Source: Thermoanaerobaculia bacterium (GTDB taxonomy: Bacteria > Acidobacteriota > Thermoanaerobaculia > UBA5066). Taken from it: 64,000 nt of DNA. The notes beneath the pieces were generated by a model. The model searched no databases, had not been told where the DNA came from, and worked only from the letters and a program-made list of their open reading frames with translations. The stretch is from contig JBBRRY010000008.1 in assembly GCA_038245905.1 (NCBI GenBank), positions 32,205 through 96,204 on the forward strand, read 5' to 3'. This document shows, one piece after another, positions 20,223 through 29,971 of this stretch (the first letter of the stretch is position 1; every line of letters starts with the position of its first letter). The position numbers and the translations under genes were made by a program.

Positions 20223-21696
20223 TCCCGGGAAGGCCGGGCGCTCTCTACGGATACGAGTCGCCCTCGCCGCCGGCCTTTTCGCAGGTCTCGCGGGGGCCGC
20301 GCCGAACGAGGCGATGTTCGAAGTGCGCGTGCCGGAAGGAATGGTCAGGGGCCGCGTGCGCCTCGAGGCGATGGCGCGCGACAAGAGTGTCGTTTTCGTG
20401 AGGTGGCAGGCCGGCGATCGATCGCGAACGTCCGGCACGCCGTTCGAGTTCTTCCTCGACGCCGGTCCGGTCCCCGAGGAGAAGACCGTGATCGCGACGG
20501 CGCTCGATCGCGACCACCGCCCGCTGTACCGCGTCGAGACGCTCCTGAACCCGGGAGGCCGGCGCATCGCGCTGCAATTCGTCGTTCCGCTCGACGGACA
20601 GAGCGTGAAGGGAGCCACGACCGTCCTCGTGCGCGCCGCGGCGCCCGCCGGGGAGTCTCTCCGGTCGGTCGCGCTCGACGTGAACGGGCGCGACGTCGCG
20701 CTGACCGGCGACGGGGACTTGAGGAGCGCGCGGATCGATCTCACGGACTCGCCCGCCGTCCTCACGGCACGGGTGACGACGACCCTCGGACGCTCGGCCG
20801 AGCGCGCGATCCTCCTGAACGCCCGCGGGCTCCGGGCCTCCCTAGACGCTCACGTCGTCGAGCAGATGGTCGCGGTCACGAAACACGGCGAGCCCGTGGA
20901 CGGTCTCAAGGCGGCGGATTTCCGTGTGTCAGACGACGGGGGACCCTGCGAGATCCGCGAGGCGCGGCTCGTGCGCGACGTGAATCTCGCGATCGGCGTC
21001 TCGATCGACACGTCCCAGAGCCTCCTCTACACGGCGGAGCTGCGCCGCGCGGTCGCGAGCCGGTTCTTCCAGATGCTCGGACCGCGCGACACGGCGTTCC
21101 TGCAGCGATTCGGCGTCACAGTGGGGCACGTTCTCGACTGGACGACCTCCCGGAAGAAGCTCGAGGAGAGCCTTCTCGCGCTCGACGAAGACCCGATCCC
21201 CGGGACGCTCCTCCATGCGGCCATCGTCGACGCCCTCTACCAGCTCCAGGGCGGAGAAGGCGCGCGGGCGTTGCTTCTCGTCACGGATGGGAACGCGTTC
21301 GAAGACGATCTGCCGGAGAAGGAGGCCCTCGCGTTCGCGCGCCAGGCGGGCGTCCCGATTTTCGCGCTGGCGCTGCCATGGGTCCAGGAGACCGAGAGAC
21401 CGACGCGCGTGAAGGATGGGAACGGGAACGTCGTCACGACTGTCACGGTGACGCGGGAAGAGCAGCCGACGAATCGGGCCGTCCTCCAGCGCTTCACCGA
21501 CGCGACGGGGGGCCGCACGTACGTCGTCGGAAACACCGCGGGCCTCCCCGCGCTTCTCGCGACGCTCGAGCGCGATCTCAGGACCCGTTACCTCGTCTCC
21601 TTCGTGAGCAACGCGAAGCGCACGGGCTCGTTCCACCCGGTCGAGATCCTCGCCATGCGCGGCGCCGTGCGCACGGCCGCGGGCTTCTTCTACTAA
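20206..21696 (+). CDS. Secreted VWA-domain protein with Ig-like N-terminus (acidobacterial VWFA-type)
   Basis: MIDAS DTSQS, LVTDG, ATGGR and LRTRY. A signal-like segment [17 protein letters not shown] lies in frame upstream of ATG 20314, so the start is probably CTG 20206 (uncertain). Confidence 0.75.
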   Translation: MAEPTSPGKAGRSLRIRVALAAGLFAGLAGAAPNEAMFEVRVPEGMVRGRVRLEAMARDKSVVFVRWQAGDRSRTSGTPFEFFLDAGPVPEEKTVIATALDRDHRPLYRVETLLNPGGRRIALQFVVPLDGQSVKGATTVLVRAAAPAGESLRSVALDVNGRDVALTGDGDLRSARIDLTDSPAVLTARVTTTLGRSAERAILLNARGLRASLDAHVVEQMVAVTKHGEPVDGLKAADFRVSDDGGPCEIREARLVRDVNLAIGVSIDTSQSLLYTAELRRAVASRFFQMLGPRDTAFLQRFGVTVGHVLDWTTSRKKLEESLLALDEDPIPGTLLHAAIVDALYQLQGGEGARALLLVTDGNAFEDDLPEKEALAFARQAGVPIFALALPWVQETERPTRVKDGNGNVVTTVTVTREEQPTNRAVLQRFTDATGGRTYVVGNTAGLPALLATLERDLRTRYLVSFVSNAKRTGSFHPVEILAMRGAVRTAAGFFY

Positions 21697-21730
21697 CGAA
21701 CCGGGAGCGGTCGCCTAGAATCGCGCCTCC

Positions 21731-23251
21731 ATGACCGACATCAGGACCGAAGAGGCCGCGCCCGGCCGCGTCTATCCGTGGTACGTGCTCGCCGTCCTCG
21801 TCCTCGTGTACGTCCTCAACTTCGTCGACCGCCAGATCGTCGTGATCCTGGCCGAGCGCATCAAAGCGGACTTGAAGGTCACCGACGCCCAGCTGGGATT
21901 CCTCTATGGCACGGTCTTCGCGGTCTTCTTCGCGGTCTTCGCGATCCCGCTCGGGCGCCTCGCGGACGCCTGGGACCGGCGACGCCTCATCGCGTGGGGC
22001 ACCGCGTTCTGGAGCCTCATGACCGCGCTCTCGGGCCTCGCGCGTGGTTTCGGGCCCCTCGCGCTCGCCCGCCTCGGCGTCGGCGCGGGCGAGGCGAGCG
22101 CGGCACCCGCGGCCTATTCGCTTCTTTCGGACTGGTTCCCGAGGGAGAAGCGCGGGGCCGTCCTCGGAATCTTCTCGAGTGGCATCTTCATCGGCGCGGG
22201 CCTGGGCCTCGGAATCGGCGGCCTCATCGTGGACCGCTGGGACGCGGCTTTTCCGGCGGGCGCAGCACCCCTCGGCCTCCACGGCTGGCAGGCCGCGTTC
22301 CTCGTCGTGGGCCTTCCGGGCCTCCTCCTCGCGCTGTGGGTGCGCACGCTTCGCGAGCCTCAGCGCGGCGGCTTCGGCGCTCCGCCCGTCGTGCGCCACC
22401 CGCATCCCTTCCGGCTTTTCGTGGATGAGATGGCCACCGTGATTCCTCCCTTCACGCTCGTCACGCTCGCGCGCAGCGGAGCGGGGTCGTCGGGCCTCGC
22501 GATCAACGCCGGCGCCGCCGCGGCGCTCGCCGCCGCCGCCGCAGTCCTGACCCGGCTCCTCGGGACGGCGCCCCAGTGGATCGCGCTCGCCGTCGGGCTC
22601 TACTCGGTCTTCTCGTGGGCACAGGGGCTGCGGCTGAAGAGCCGCAGGGATTTCGATCTCGTCTTCCGGAACCCGCCGCTCGTCTTCTCGAACATCGGCT
22701 TCGGCCTCGTGACGTTCGGCACCTACTCCACGAGCCTCTGGATCGCGCCTTTTTTCCTGCGCGTCCACCACCTCGACATCGCGCGGGTCGGCCTGCTCCT
22801 CGGCGGCCTGCTCGCCGCAGGAGGCTGGCTCGGGGCCACGTGCGGCGGCCTCCTCGCGGACGCATGGCACAGGAAGACGCCCCGCGGCCGCCTGTACGTC
22901 GGCGTCCTGACCGCGGCCCTTGCACTTCCTCTCGGCTTCATCCTGCTTTCGCTCCGTTCGGCGTCGGCCGCGCTCCTCCTGAGTTTTCCCGTGGCGATCC
23001 TGACCGGTCTCTGGATCGGCCCGGCGGCGTCCACCGTTCAGGAGCTCGTACCGCCGCGCCTCCGGGCCACGGCGTCCGCCGTCTACATCCTCCACACGAC
23101 GTTCCTCGGGCTCGCCCTCGGTCCCTACGCCGTGGGGCGCCTGAGCGTCTTCACTGGAGACCTGAAGTCGGCCCTGCTCCTCGCGTTGCCGGTCCAGGGG
23201 GTCGCCGCGGTCCTCCTTTTTCTCGCCGCGCGGCGAATTCCTCGGGCGTGA
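21731..23251 (+). CDS. MFS transporter (spinster-like)
   Basis: NFVDRQ, GRLADAWDRR and GVGAGEA motifs; about 12 or more TM helices. Confidence 0.9.
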   Translation: MTDIRTEEAAPGRVYPWYVLAVLVLVYVLNFVDRQIVVILAERIKADLKVTDAQLGFLYGTVFAVFFAVFAIPLGRLADAWDRRRLIAWGTAFWSLMTALSGLARGFGPLALARLGVGAGEASAAPAAYSLLSDWFPREKRGAVLGIFSSGIFIGAGLGLGIGGLIVDRWDAAFPAGAAPLGLHGWQAAFLVVGLPGLLLALWVRTLREPQRGGFGAPPVVRHPHPFRLFVDEMATVIPPFTLVTLARSGAGSSGLAINAGAAAALAAAAAVLTRLLGTAPQWIALAVGLYSVFSWAQGLRLKSRRDFDLVFRNPPLVFSNIGFGLVTFGTYSTSLWIAPFFLRVHHLDIARVGLLLGGLLAAGGWLGATCGGLLADAWHRKTPRGRLYVGVLTAALALPLGFILLSLRSASAALLLSFPVAILTGLWIGPAASTVQELVPPRLRATASAVYILHTTFLGLALGPYAVGRLSVFTGDLKSALLLALPVQGVAAVLLFLAARRIPRA

Positions 23252-23264
23252 TACCTTTTCCTCC

Positions 23265-23843
23265 ATGAAGAGAAACTTTGCCCTCGCGCTCGCCGCCGCG
23301 TTCCTCGCGACCGCCACCTTGAAGGGAGAAACCCCCGTGAAGAACCCGTCTGTCGTCATGAAGACCTCCCTCGGGAGCGTCACCATGGAGCTATTCGCCG
23401 ACAAGGCTCCGGAGACCGTCAAGAACTTCCTCTCCTACGTGAACGACAAGCATTACGACGGCACGGTGTTCCACCGCGTCATGGATGGCTTCATGATCCA
23501 GGGCGGCGGCTTCGGCGCCGACGGCAAGGAGAAGCCGAAGAAATCTCCCATCAAGAACGAGTCGGCCAACGGCCTCCAGAACAAGATCGGCACTCTCGCG
23601 ATGGCCCGGACGCCCGACCCGCACAGCGCGTCCGCGCAGTTCTTCGTCAACGTGAAGGACAACTCGTTCCTCGACAAGGCCCAGTCGCAGGACGGCTGGG
23701 GCTACTGCGTCTTCGGCAAGGTGACCGAGGGGATGGACGTCGTGAACAAGATCAAGGCGACGCCCACGACGAACAAGGGGGGCGCGTTCACCAACGCCCC
23801 CGTCACCCAGGTCGTCATCGAGTCCATCCGCCTCGTGCCCTGA
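23265..23843 (+). CDS. Periplasmic cyclophilin-type peptidyl-prolyl isomerase
   Basis: YDGTVFHRVMDGFMIQGGGF, AMART and QFFVN motifs; signal peptide. Confidence 0.95.
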   Translation: MKRNFALALAAAFLATATLKGETPVKNPSVVMKTSLGSVTMELFADKAPETVKNFLSYVNDKHYDGTVFHRVMDGFMIQGGGFGADGKEKPKKSPIKNESANGLQNKIGTLAMARTPDPHSASAQFFVNVKDNSFLDKAQSQDGWGYCVFGKVTEGMDVVNKIKATPTTNKGGAFTNAPVTQVVIESIRLVP

Positions 23844-23859
23844 GCTGGACCGTCCCCGC

Positions 23860-25035
23860 GTGTCCAGCGTTCCGCCCCCCGCATATGGGTACGCGCCGCC
23901 GCCGCGGCGGCGCGGCCCGATCCTCCTGCCGCTCCTCGTCGGTCTCGCGGCGGGATGGCTCGTCTTCACCCTCATGCGGCGCGTGCCCGGCGACGCGCGC
24001 GTCGCGCCCGCACCCGACCACCTGAAGGGCGCCCCCGCCGATGCGCGGCCCGTCACGGCGCGCGGCGACCTCGCCGAGGACGAGAAATCCACGATCGAGC
24101 TCTTCAAGCGCTCGAGCCCATCCGTCGTCTACATCACGACGCTCTCGCGGCGGGCGGTCAATTTCTTCGAGATGACCGACGTGCCGCGGGGGACGGGCTC
24201 GGGATTCCTGTGGGACCGGCAGGGGCATGTCGTCACGAACTACCACGTGCTTCAGAACTCCGATTCGTCGGTCGTGACGCTCTCGGATCAGACGAACTGG
24301 AAGGCGACGGTCGTCGGCGTCGAGCCTGACAAGGATCTCGCCGTCCTCCTCATCTCGGCCCCGGCCGAGAAGCTGACGCCGATCGTCGTCGGGACGAGCA
24401 AGGGACTTCAGGTGGGCCAGAAGGTCTTCGCGATCGGGAATCCATTCGGCCTCGACGAGACGCTCACGACGGGCATCGTGAGCGCGCTCGGGCGCACGAT
24501 CGAGGCCGTCACGGGCCGGAAAATCCAGGACGTCATCCAGACCGACGCCGCGATCAACCCCGGCAATTCCGGCGGCCCGCTTCTCGACAGCGCCGGGCGG
24601 CTCATCGGAGTGAACACCCAGATCGCAAGCCCGTCCGGCGCGAGCGCGGGCATCGGATTCGCCGTCCCGGTCGACACCGTGAACGCCGTCGTGCCCGAGC
24701 TGATCGCGCACGGGCGCGTCGTGCGGCCCCGCCTCGGCATCTCGCCGGCGCACGAGAACGTCGCGCGGCAGCTCGGCGTGACAGGCGTCCTCATCCTCGG
24801 CGTGGCGGACGGTTCGGGCGCCGCGAAGGCGGGCCTCCGCGGTACGGAGCGCGACCGGGACGGTTCGCTGATCCTCGGCGACATCATCGTCGGGATCGCC
24901 GGAAAGGATGTCGCGAGCTACGACGATCTCGTCTCGGCCCTCGAAAAGCAGAAGATCGGCGACTCCGTGCGGGTGCGGGTCCTTCGCGATAACCGCGAGA
25001 CGACCGTCGACGTCACGCTCATGGCATCCCCCTGA
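23860..25035 (+). CDS. HtrA/DegP-like trypsin serine protease with one PDZ domain
   Basis: TNYHV, DLAVL and INPGNSGG triad; N-terminal TM; PDZ GDII. Confidence 0.93.
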   Translation: MSSVPPPAYGYAPPPRRRGPILLPLLVGLAAGWLVFTLMRRVPGDARVAPAPDHLKGAPADARPVTARGDLAEDEKSTIELFKRSSPSVVYITTLSRRAVNFFEMTDVPRGTGSGFLWDRQGHVVTNYHVLQNSDSSVVTLSDQTNWKATVVGVEPDKDLAVLLISAPAEKLTPIVVGTSKGLQVGQKVFAIGNPFGLDETLTTGIVSALGRTIEAVTGRKIQDVIQTDAAINPGNSGGPLLDSAGRLIGVNTQIASPSGASAGIGFAVPVDTVNAVVPELIAHGRVVRPRLGISPAHENVARQLGVTGVLILGVADGSGAAKAGLRGTERDRDGSLILGDIIVGIAGKDVASYDDLVSALEKQKIGDSVRVRVLRDNRETTVDVTLMASP

Positions 25036-25489
25036 CGTCCGGGATCGGGGTTGCTGCCTGGGGCTCGGCGATCGGAGGCCCGGCAGGCGGAGGTTCGGGC
25101 GGCGCCCCCGGCCGTGCCGGCGCCTCGAGGACAACGGCTTCGCGCCTGGATGCGACTCGCGCGGCTCCCTCGACGACGCGGCCCACGGACACGATTCTCC
25201 GGCCGCCCGTCGGCAGCTCCTCGACGCGCACCTCGATCTCGCCGCCTTTCACGTTCAGAGGCCCACCCGGCACGTGTCCCTTTTCCATGAGCCAGGCGCG
25301 TGCCCAGTCCACGCCCGAGCGCGCGAGCTCCATCGCATAGCGGTCGTTCGCGCGGCGGCGTGACTCGCGAAGATCCGTCATGAGGATCGATGCGAGCACC
25401 CCGAGAATGAGTCCGAACACTGCGAGTGTCGCGAGGACCAGGATGAGCGAGCTCCCTCGCTCCCGGCGAGCACGGGGTTGATCCCTCAC
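25019..25489 (-). CDS. PilX/GspK-like pilin-type protein
   Basis: RRERG|SSLILVL class III signal lacking Glu5; LARSGVDWA helix; GTGA overlap with the upstream gene. Confidence 0.6.
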   Translation of the reverse strand: MRDQPRARRERGSSLILVLATLAVFGLILGVLASILMTDLRESRRRANDRYAMELARSGVDWARAWLMEKGHVPGGPLNVKGGEIEVRVEELPTGGRRIVSVGRVVEGAARVASRREAVVLEAPARPGAPPEPPPAGPPIAEPQAATPIPDVRGMP

Positions 25490-25980
25490 GGCGTCTTCTC
25501 CGTCGGACGGCCGCAGACGAGCGGCAGCAGCTCCGCTCCCGACCCGTCGTTCCAGCACAGGAGGAGCCGGCCGATCGCGAGCTCGTCGGCGTCGAGAGAG
25601 AGCGTCCCGGAGAGCGTCCACGTCGACGTCGCGCTCACGACCTCTCCATCGGGCTTCTTCCTCACGTTCGTCCGCGAGACGACGCCGGACGCCACGGTCC
25701 ACGAAACTTCGGGGTCCTCCACGCGGAGCGGCGTTAGATCCAGCCGGAACGCGCGGGCCGCGAATGGAGGCGACAGAACGACCGACGACGCGCGCGCAAA
25801 ATCGCCGGAGAGCCGCTCGAAGAGGAGCGGGAACATCTCGACCGACAGCCGCTTCGCGCCGAGACCCGCCTGCTGGCGGAGGAGGCCCGTCGAAATGGGG
25901 AGCAGCGAGAACATCAGCACGACGCCTATGAGAAGGACGACGGAAAGCTCGGCGAGAGAGAAGCCGCCCCTCCTTCTCAC
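25486..25980 (-). CDS. Prepilin-type N-methylation domain protein (PilW/GspJ-like)
   Basis: RRRGG|FSLAE class III signal peptide; GTGA overlap. Confidence 0.7.
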   Translation of the reverse strand: MRRRGGFSLAELSVVLLIGVVLMFSLLPISTGLLRQQAGLGAKRLSVEMFPLLFERLSGDFARASSVVLSPPFAARAFRLDLTPLRVEDPEVSWTVASGVVSRTNVRKKPDGEVVSATSTWTLSGTLSLDADELAIGRLLLCWNDGSGAELLPLVCGRPTEKTP

Positions 25981-26375
25981 GGCGGCGGACCCGCCCCACG
26001 AAAGACATAGCCCTCCTGGACGATCCGCCGCTCCATCTTCTGGCCATATTCGATCTCGAGATGGACGAGGTAGAGCCCGTCGACGTCGGTCGACTTCACC
26101 CTCAGGAAGGGGCTTCGCGCGTCGAGAGAGTCCACGAAGGCGCCCGGCCCCGCGAACGGCCGGTGGTCCTTCGGGTAAACGTCGTTCCGGAAAGACGACC
26201 GCAGGTAGATCCACTCGCTGGCGGCCGCGCGCACGGCCCTGTCGTGGTCGAGACGGTTCCGCTCGAGCGCGCGCCGCCGGGCGAGAAAGCCCGCCCCGAG
26301 CGTCAGGACGATCCCCAGGATCGCGAGGGAGACGAGCGCCTCGACGAGAAAGACTCCCCGCGTCCGATGCGCCAT
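25977..26375 (-). CDS. Prepilin-type N-methylation domain protein (PilV/GspI-like)
   Basis: RTRG|VFLVEALVSLAILGIV class III signal peptide. Confidence 0.7.
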   Translation of the reverse strand: MAHRTRGVFLVEALVSLAILGIVLTLGAGFLARRRALERNRLDHDRAVRAAASEWIYLRSSFRNDVYPKDHRPFAGPGAFVDSLDARSPFLRVKSTDVDGLYLVHLEIEYGQKMERRIVQEGYVFRGAGPPP

Positions 26376-26388
26376 CACGCGCGTGACG

Positions 26389-26988
26389 TCAGCGCACGGC
26401 CGAGACGAGCTTCTTGACCGCTCTCTCGGCGGCATCCTCGGCGGCCTGCGCCTCGGCCTCCGTGTCGGCCGCACTGACCTCGGACGAGCCGTTGCGGCCG
26501 GTCACGTCGATGATCTTCGCGGCCGCGCCGGGCGCCGTGACCACCGAGATGGAAACCGAACAGTTCGCCTCGTACGAGACCACGACCTGCTCGACCCTCA
26601 CGGGGGCACCCGTGCCGATGGTCTGCCGGTCGAAGGAGCGTCCCTCCCGGCGCTGAATTCCGCATGGGGCGAGCAGGATTCCGATGTACACATCGGCGGG
26701 CCAGGCCTTGCGAAACTCCGTGCCCGCATCGCCCGTGGCGCCCACGTCGGCGAGATGGGCTCCCGAGAGCCGGGCGTCGACGATCGCCCCGAGGCCGCGG
26801 TCGCTCGCGTTCGAGAGGAAGCGCGGGACGAAGCGCTCGAGCTCCGGAGCCGACCCTTTCGCCTCCACGAGGACGATCACCTTCTTCGGCTTCGCGGCGG
26901 GTGTCGGGGACGCGGCCGCAGCCACGCCGGCGCTTACGAGGACGGGCAGGAGAACGGCGACGGCGGCGAGCGGGAGGCGGAATCTCAT
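26389..26988 (-). CDS. Secreted hypothetical protein
   Basis: MRFRLPLAAVAVLL signal peptide; ATGA overlap with the upstream VWA gene. Confidence 0.7.
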   Translation of the reverse strand: MRFRLPLAAVAVLLPVLVSAGVAAAASPTPAAKPKKVIVLVEAKGSAPELERFVPRFLSNASDRGLGAIVDARLSGAHLADVGATGDAGTEFRKAWPADVYIGILLAPCGIQRREGRSFDRQTIGTGAPVRVEQVVVSYEANCSVSISVVTAPGAAAKIIDVTGRNGSSEVSAADTEAEAQAAEDAAERAVKKLVSAVR

Positions 26989-28046
26989 GGCGTGAAAGTG
27001 TACGCCCGCGACACGACTTCGCCCCGCCGGCTCCGGAGGCCGACGTCGAGGAGCGGGAGGACTCCGTCGTCCGGCGCCACGCACACGAGGACGTAGCGGC
27101 CGCCGAGGCGCTTCGCGAGACGCGTCACGGCCCCTCTCGTGAAAATGTGAGTCTTCTCGTACGTGCCGCCTGTGAGCTTCGAGGTGTCCTGAAGCGTCGT
27201 CTCGAGCGTGTGCCAGTCGGCGTCCGAGACGTCCAGTGTGAAGACATTGATCCGTGCCGCGGCCATCGACGCGAATGCGCGCGTGAGGTCGCGGCCCTCG
27301 CGCGGCGAGCCCTCGATTCCGAGCCCCCACCCCAGGAAAAGAAGCGCCTTTCCCCCCGGGATCGGGATGAGAGCGCGCGCGACGAGGTCCAGCGCGCGTT
27401 CGACGTTCGAGGCGCGGCGTGCCGCTTCCGGGTTGAGGCCCGCCGCAAGCGACGGAAACGGCGACGGTACGCTCGCAGGCTCCGTGCCCTGGAGCAGGCC
27501 TTCGTCGAACGCGGCCTCCAGCACCGACCGGCTCGCGGTGAAATCGCAGAGGAGCGTGAGGTGCGAGTCGAAGCGAACGACGGCAACCCGGTCTGTCGGG
27601 ACCAGGGTATCGAGCAACCGGCCGATCTCCGATCGCACGCGCATGAGCCCCTTTGCCCGATCGCGGCCGATGTCGGCCTGCAGGAAGAACACGAGGATGC
27701 GGCCCGGGGGATACCGCACGGCGGGCGCCGTTCCGTCTGCGGAAGGGTCCGCGGCGTCGATCGGTCCCTCGGCCTTCCCCGCGGGAATCCATTCGGCCGA
27801 CTCGACCTCGAGCTCTTGTCGCCCCGCGCGCACGCGAAAGTCGGAGGCCATGAGGTCCGGAACGGCCTCTCCCGCCCCGTCCGTCACGTAGGCGTCCAGG
27901 ATGACGCGCGTCACCCGCACGTTTCCCTGGAGGGGCCGGATGCGTCCCGGGGGCGGCGTTTCGTCGGCGCGAATCGCCTGGCCCGCGAGAAGCGCGAGAG
28001 CGGCGAATGCAGCGCGTTCAGCGCGAACAATGGGCGTCCGTCGCAG
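26985..28046 (-). CDS. Secreted VWA-related protein (acidobacterial VWFA-type, degenerate MIDAS)
   Basis: VTDGAGEAVPDLMASDF, DRVAVVRF, IPGGKALLFLG and TGG. In-frame signal peptide (AAFAALALLAGQAIRA) and CTG 28046 preceded by GGAGGAGG. Confidence 0.7.
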   Translation of the reverse strand: MRRTPIVRAERAAFAALALLAGQAIRADETPPPGRIRPLQGNVRVTRVILDAYVTDGAGEAVPDLMASDFRVRAGRQELEVESAEWIPAGKAEGPIDAADPSADGTAPAVRYPPGRILVFFLQADIGRDRAKGLMRVRSEIGRLLDTLVPTDRVAVVRFDSHLTLLCDFTASRSVLEAAFDEGLLQGTEPASVPSPFPSLAAGLNPEAARRASNVERALDLVARALIPIPGGKALLFLGWGLGIEGSPREGRDLTRAFASMAAARINVFTLDVSDADWHTLETTLQDTSKLTGGTYEKTHIFTRGAVTRLAKRLGGRYVLVCVAPDDGVLPLLDVGLRSRRGEVVSRAYTFTP

Positions 28047-28076
28047 GGGGCGGTCCTCCTCCCGTATTCTCCGTCC

Positions 28077-29105
28077 ATGAAAGAATCGGGCCAGGTCGAC
28101 GTCCTCGTGATCGGCGCCGGGCCCGTCGGACTCGCCTGCGCGCTCGAGGCGGCGCGGCAGCAGCTCTCACATGTCGTGATCGAGAAGGCCGCGCCCCTCC
28201 AGACGCTCGTACGCTGGCCGACGCACACGGTCTTCTTCTCGACGCCCGAGCTCCTCGAGATCGGCGGCTATCCGTTCGTGACCGCCGCGGGCAAGCCCAC
28301 GCGCCGGGAGGGACTCGCGTACTACCGAAAGGTCGCCGAGCGCGAGGGGATTCTGATCCGCCACCACGAGACGGTGACCTCCCTCAAGCGGTCCGCCGGA
28401 CTGTTCCACGTCGGGACCACGAGGGGGGTCCACCGTGCGCGTGCCGTCGTCGTCGCAACGGGATTCTTCGACACGCCAAATCTTCTCGGAGTGCCAGGCG
28501 AGGATCTTCCTAAGGTCTCGCACTACTACACTGAGCCCTTCGCCTACGCGGGATCGGACGTGCTCGTCGTCGGCGGAAAGAACTCGGCCGTCGAGGCGGC
28601 GCTCGACCTCCATCGCAACGGCGCCCGCGTGACCATAGCTGTCCGTGGACGAGCCTTCGGAGCAAGCGTGAAGTACTGGCTGAAGCCGGACATCGAGAAC
28701 CGCGTCCAGGAAGGGTCCATTCGCGTGCATTTCGAGACGCATGTCGTCTCGGTCGAGGAGGGCGTCGTCGTCCTCGAGACGGCAGGACAAAAGCACGAGA
28801 TTCCGAACGACTTCGTCTTCGCACTCACGGGCTATCGCCCCGACTTTCCCCTCCTCCGCACTCTCGGCATCGCGATCACCGACGACCTCCACGTCGTACA
28901 CGACCCCGTGACGATGGAGACGAGCGCACCGGGTCTTTACGTGGCGGGCGTCGTCGCGGCCGGCATCGAGATCGGGAAGCTCTTCATCGAGAACGGCCGC
29001 CTGCACGCCGTCGCGATCGTGAAGCACATCCTCGCGCGCCGGGGCTCCGCGCCGTCGGCGCCCCTCGCCGCTCCCGCGCTTCGCGATTTTCAGGACGGCG
29101 ACTGA
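28077..29105 (+). CDS. ypdA: YpdA-family putative bacillithiol disulfide reductase
   Basis: IGAGPVG, FFSTPELLEIG, KPTRREGLAYY, SHYY, GGKNSA and FIENGR motifs. Confidence 0.88.
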   Translation: MKESGQVDVLVIGAGPVGLACALEAARQQLSHVVIEKAAPLQTLVRWPTHTVFFSTPELLEIGGYPFVTAAGKPTRREGLAYYRKVAEREGILIRHHETVTSLKRSAGLFHVGTTRGVHRARAVVVATGFFDTPNLLGVPGEDLPKVSHYYTEPFAYAGSDVLVVGGKNSAVEAALDLHRNGARVTIAVRGRAFGASVKYWLKPDIENRVQEGSIRVHFETHVVSVEEGVVVLETAGQKHEIPNDFVFALTGYRPDFPLLRTLGIAITDDLHVVHDPVTMETSAPGLYVAGVVAAGIEIGKLFIENGRLHAVAIVKHILARRGSAPSAPLAAPALRDFQDGD

Positions 29106-29175
29106 CGCACGGCACGGTCCGGGCACCTGTCGTAGACGAAGGCCCGGATTTCCGGTTCAGGAGCGGGATCGAGCG

Positions 29176-29910
29176 TCAATCCACCACCACGAAGCGCTCT
29201 GGCTCTCTGAGCGAAACGCCAGCGCGCGAAAACTCGGAGCATTCGATCCATGGCTGGTCAGCGCCAACGGCGTACACGAAGAGCCCGTCCTTGCGCGGCG
29301 CCACGACGACACACTTTGCCTCTAAGGAACGAATCCCGCAGTGCGCCAAGACGTAGGGGATTCTCTCTTTGTCGTATCCTTTGATTCCCGTTAGCTGGCA
29401 ATCGGAATACGTCTCCGAAAGCGCAACCGGAAGGCTCGCGAGCAGCGTCCCCGCGACGTCGTAGCGGTAGATTTGCGCCTCGCGGCATCCAACCGTCGCA
29501 CGAATGCGGCAATCGAAGACATCAATGACTTCTCCACCGGGAGGCACCGTCACATCACCGCCGCGCCCGAAGGCTTCCCGGACGGGTCGGGGAGAAGCGG
29601 CAGCGTCCTCGCGCACGAGCTGCAAGCCCTTCCGGTCGTTCAGGTCGATGAGCACGGCCTGATCGTCGGCCAGGGTCATGTAACTGGACGCGTGGCCGGT
29701 GCCCAGGCGGACCCACCGATCACCAACCTTCCCGTGGAACACCTCTTTTCTCGATCCGACGACGATCACGCCGCTGTTCCCGGTCACTGGCCGGCCGATA
29801 TCGACCTTCAGCCACGGCGTCACGTAGCGCTCCTCGTGTTTCGTGCACGCAACGAGCACGATGACGGCTAGCATCGCGGCCGCCGCGCTCGCCCGGAGAC
29901 GCAGTCTCAC
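29176..29910 (-). CDS. Hypothetical Cys-rich lipoprotein
   Basis: Lipobox LVAC, six further Cys, visibly lower GC than neighbours. Start GTG 29910 or ATG 29874. Confidence 0.6.
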   Translation of the reverse strand: MRLRLRASAAAAMLAVIVLVACTKHEERYVTPWLKVDIGRPVTGNSGVIVVGSRKEVFHGKVGDRWVRLGTGHASSYMTLADDQAVLIDLNDRKGLQLVREDAAASPRPVREAFGRGGDVTVPPGGEVIDVFDCRIRATVGCREAQIYRYDVAGTLLASLPVALSETYSDCQLTGIKGYDKERIPYVLAHCGIRSLEAKCVVVAPRKDGLFVYAVGADQPWIECSEFSRAGVSLREPERFVVVD

Positions 29911-29971
29911 TCGCGGGCTCGCTCCGCCCAAGGCGGCGCCAGCGCCCACCCGATTCCTGCAAGGAGCATTC

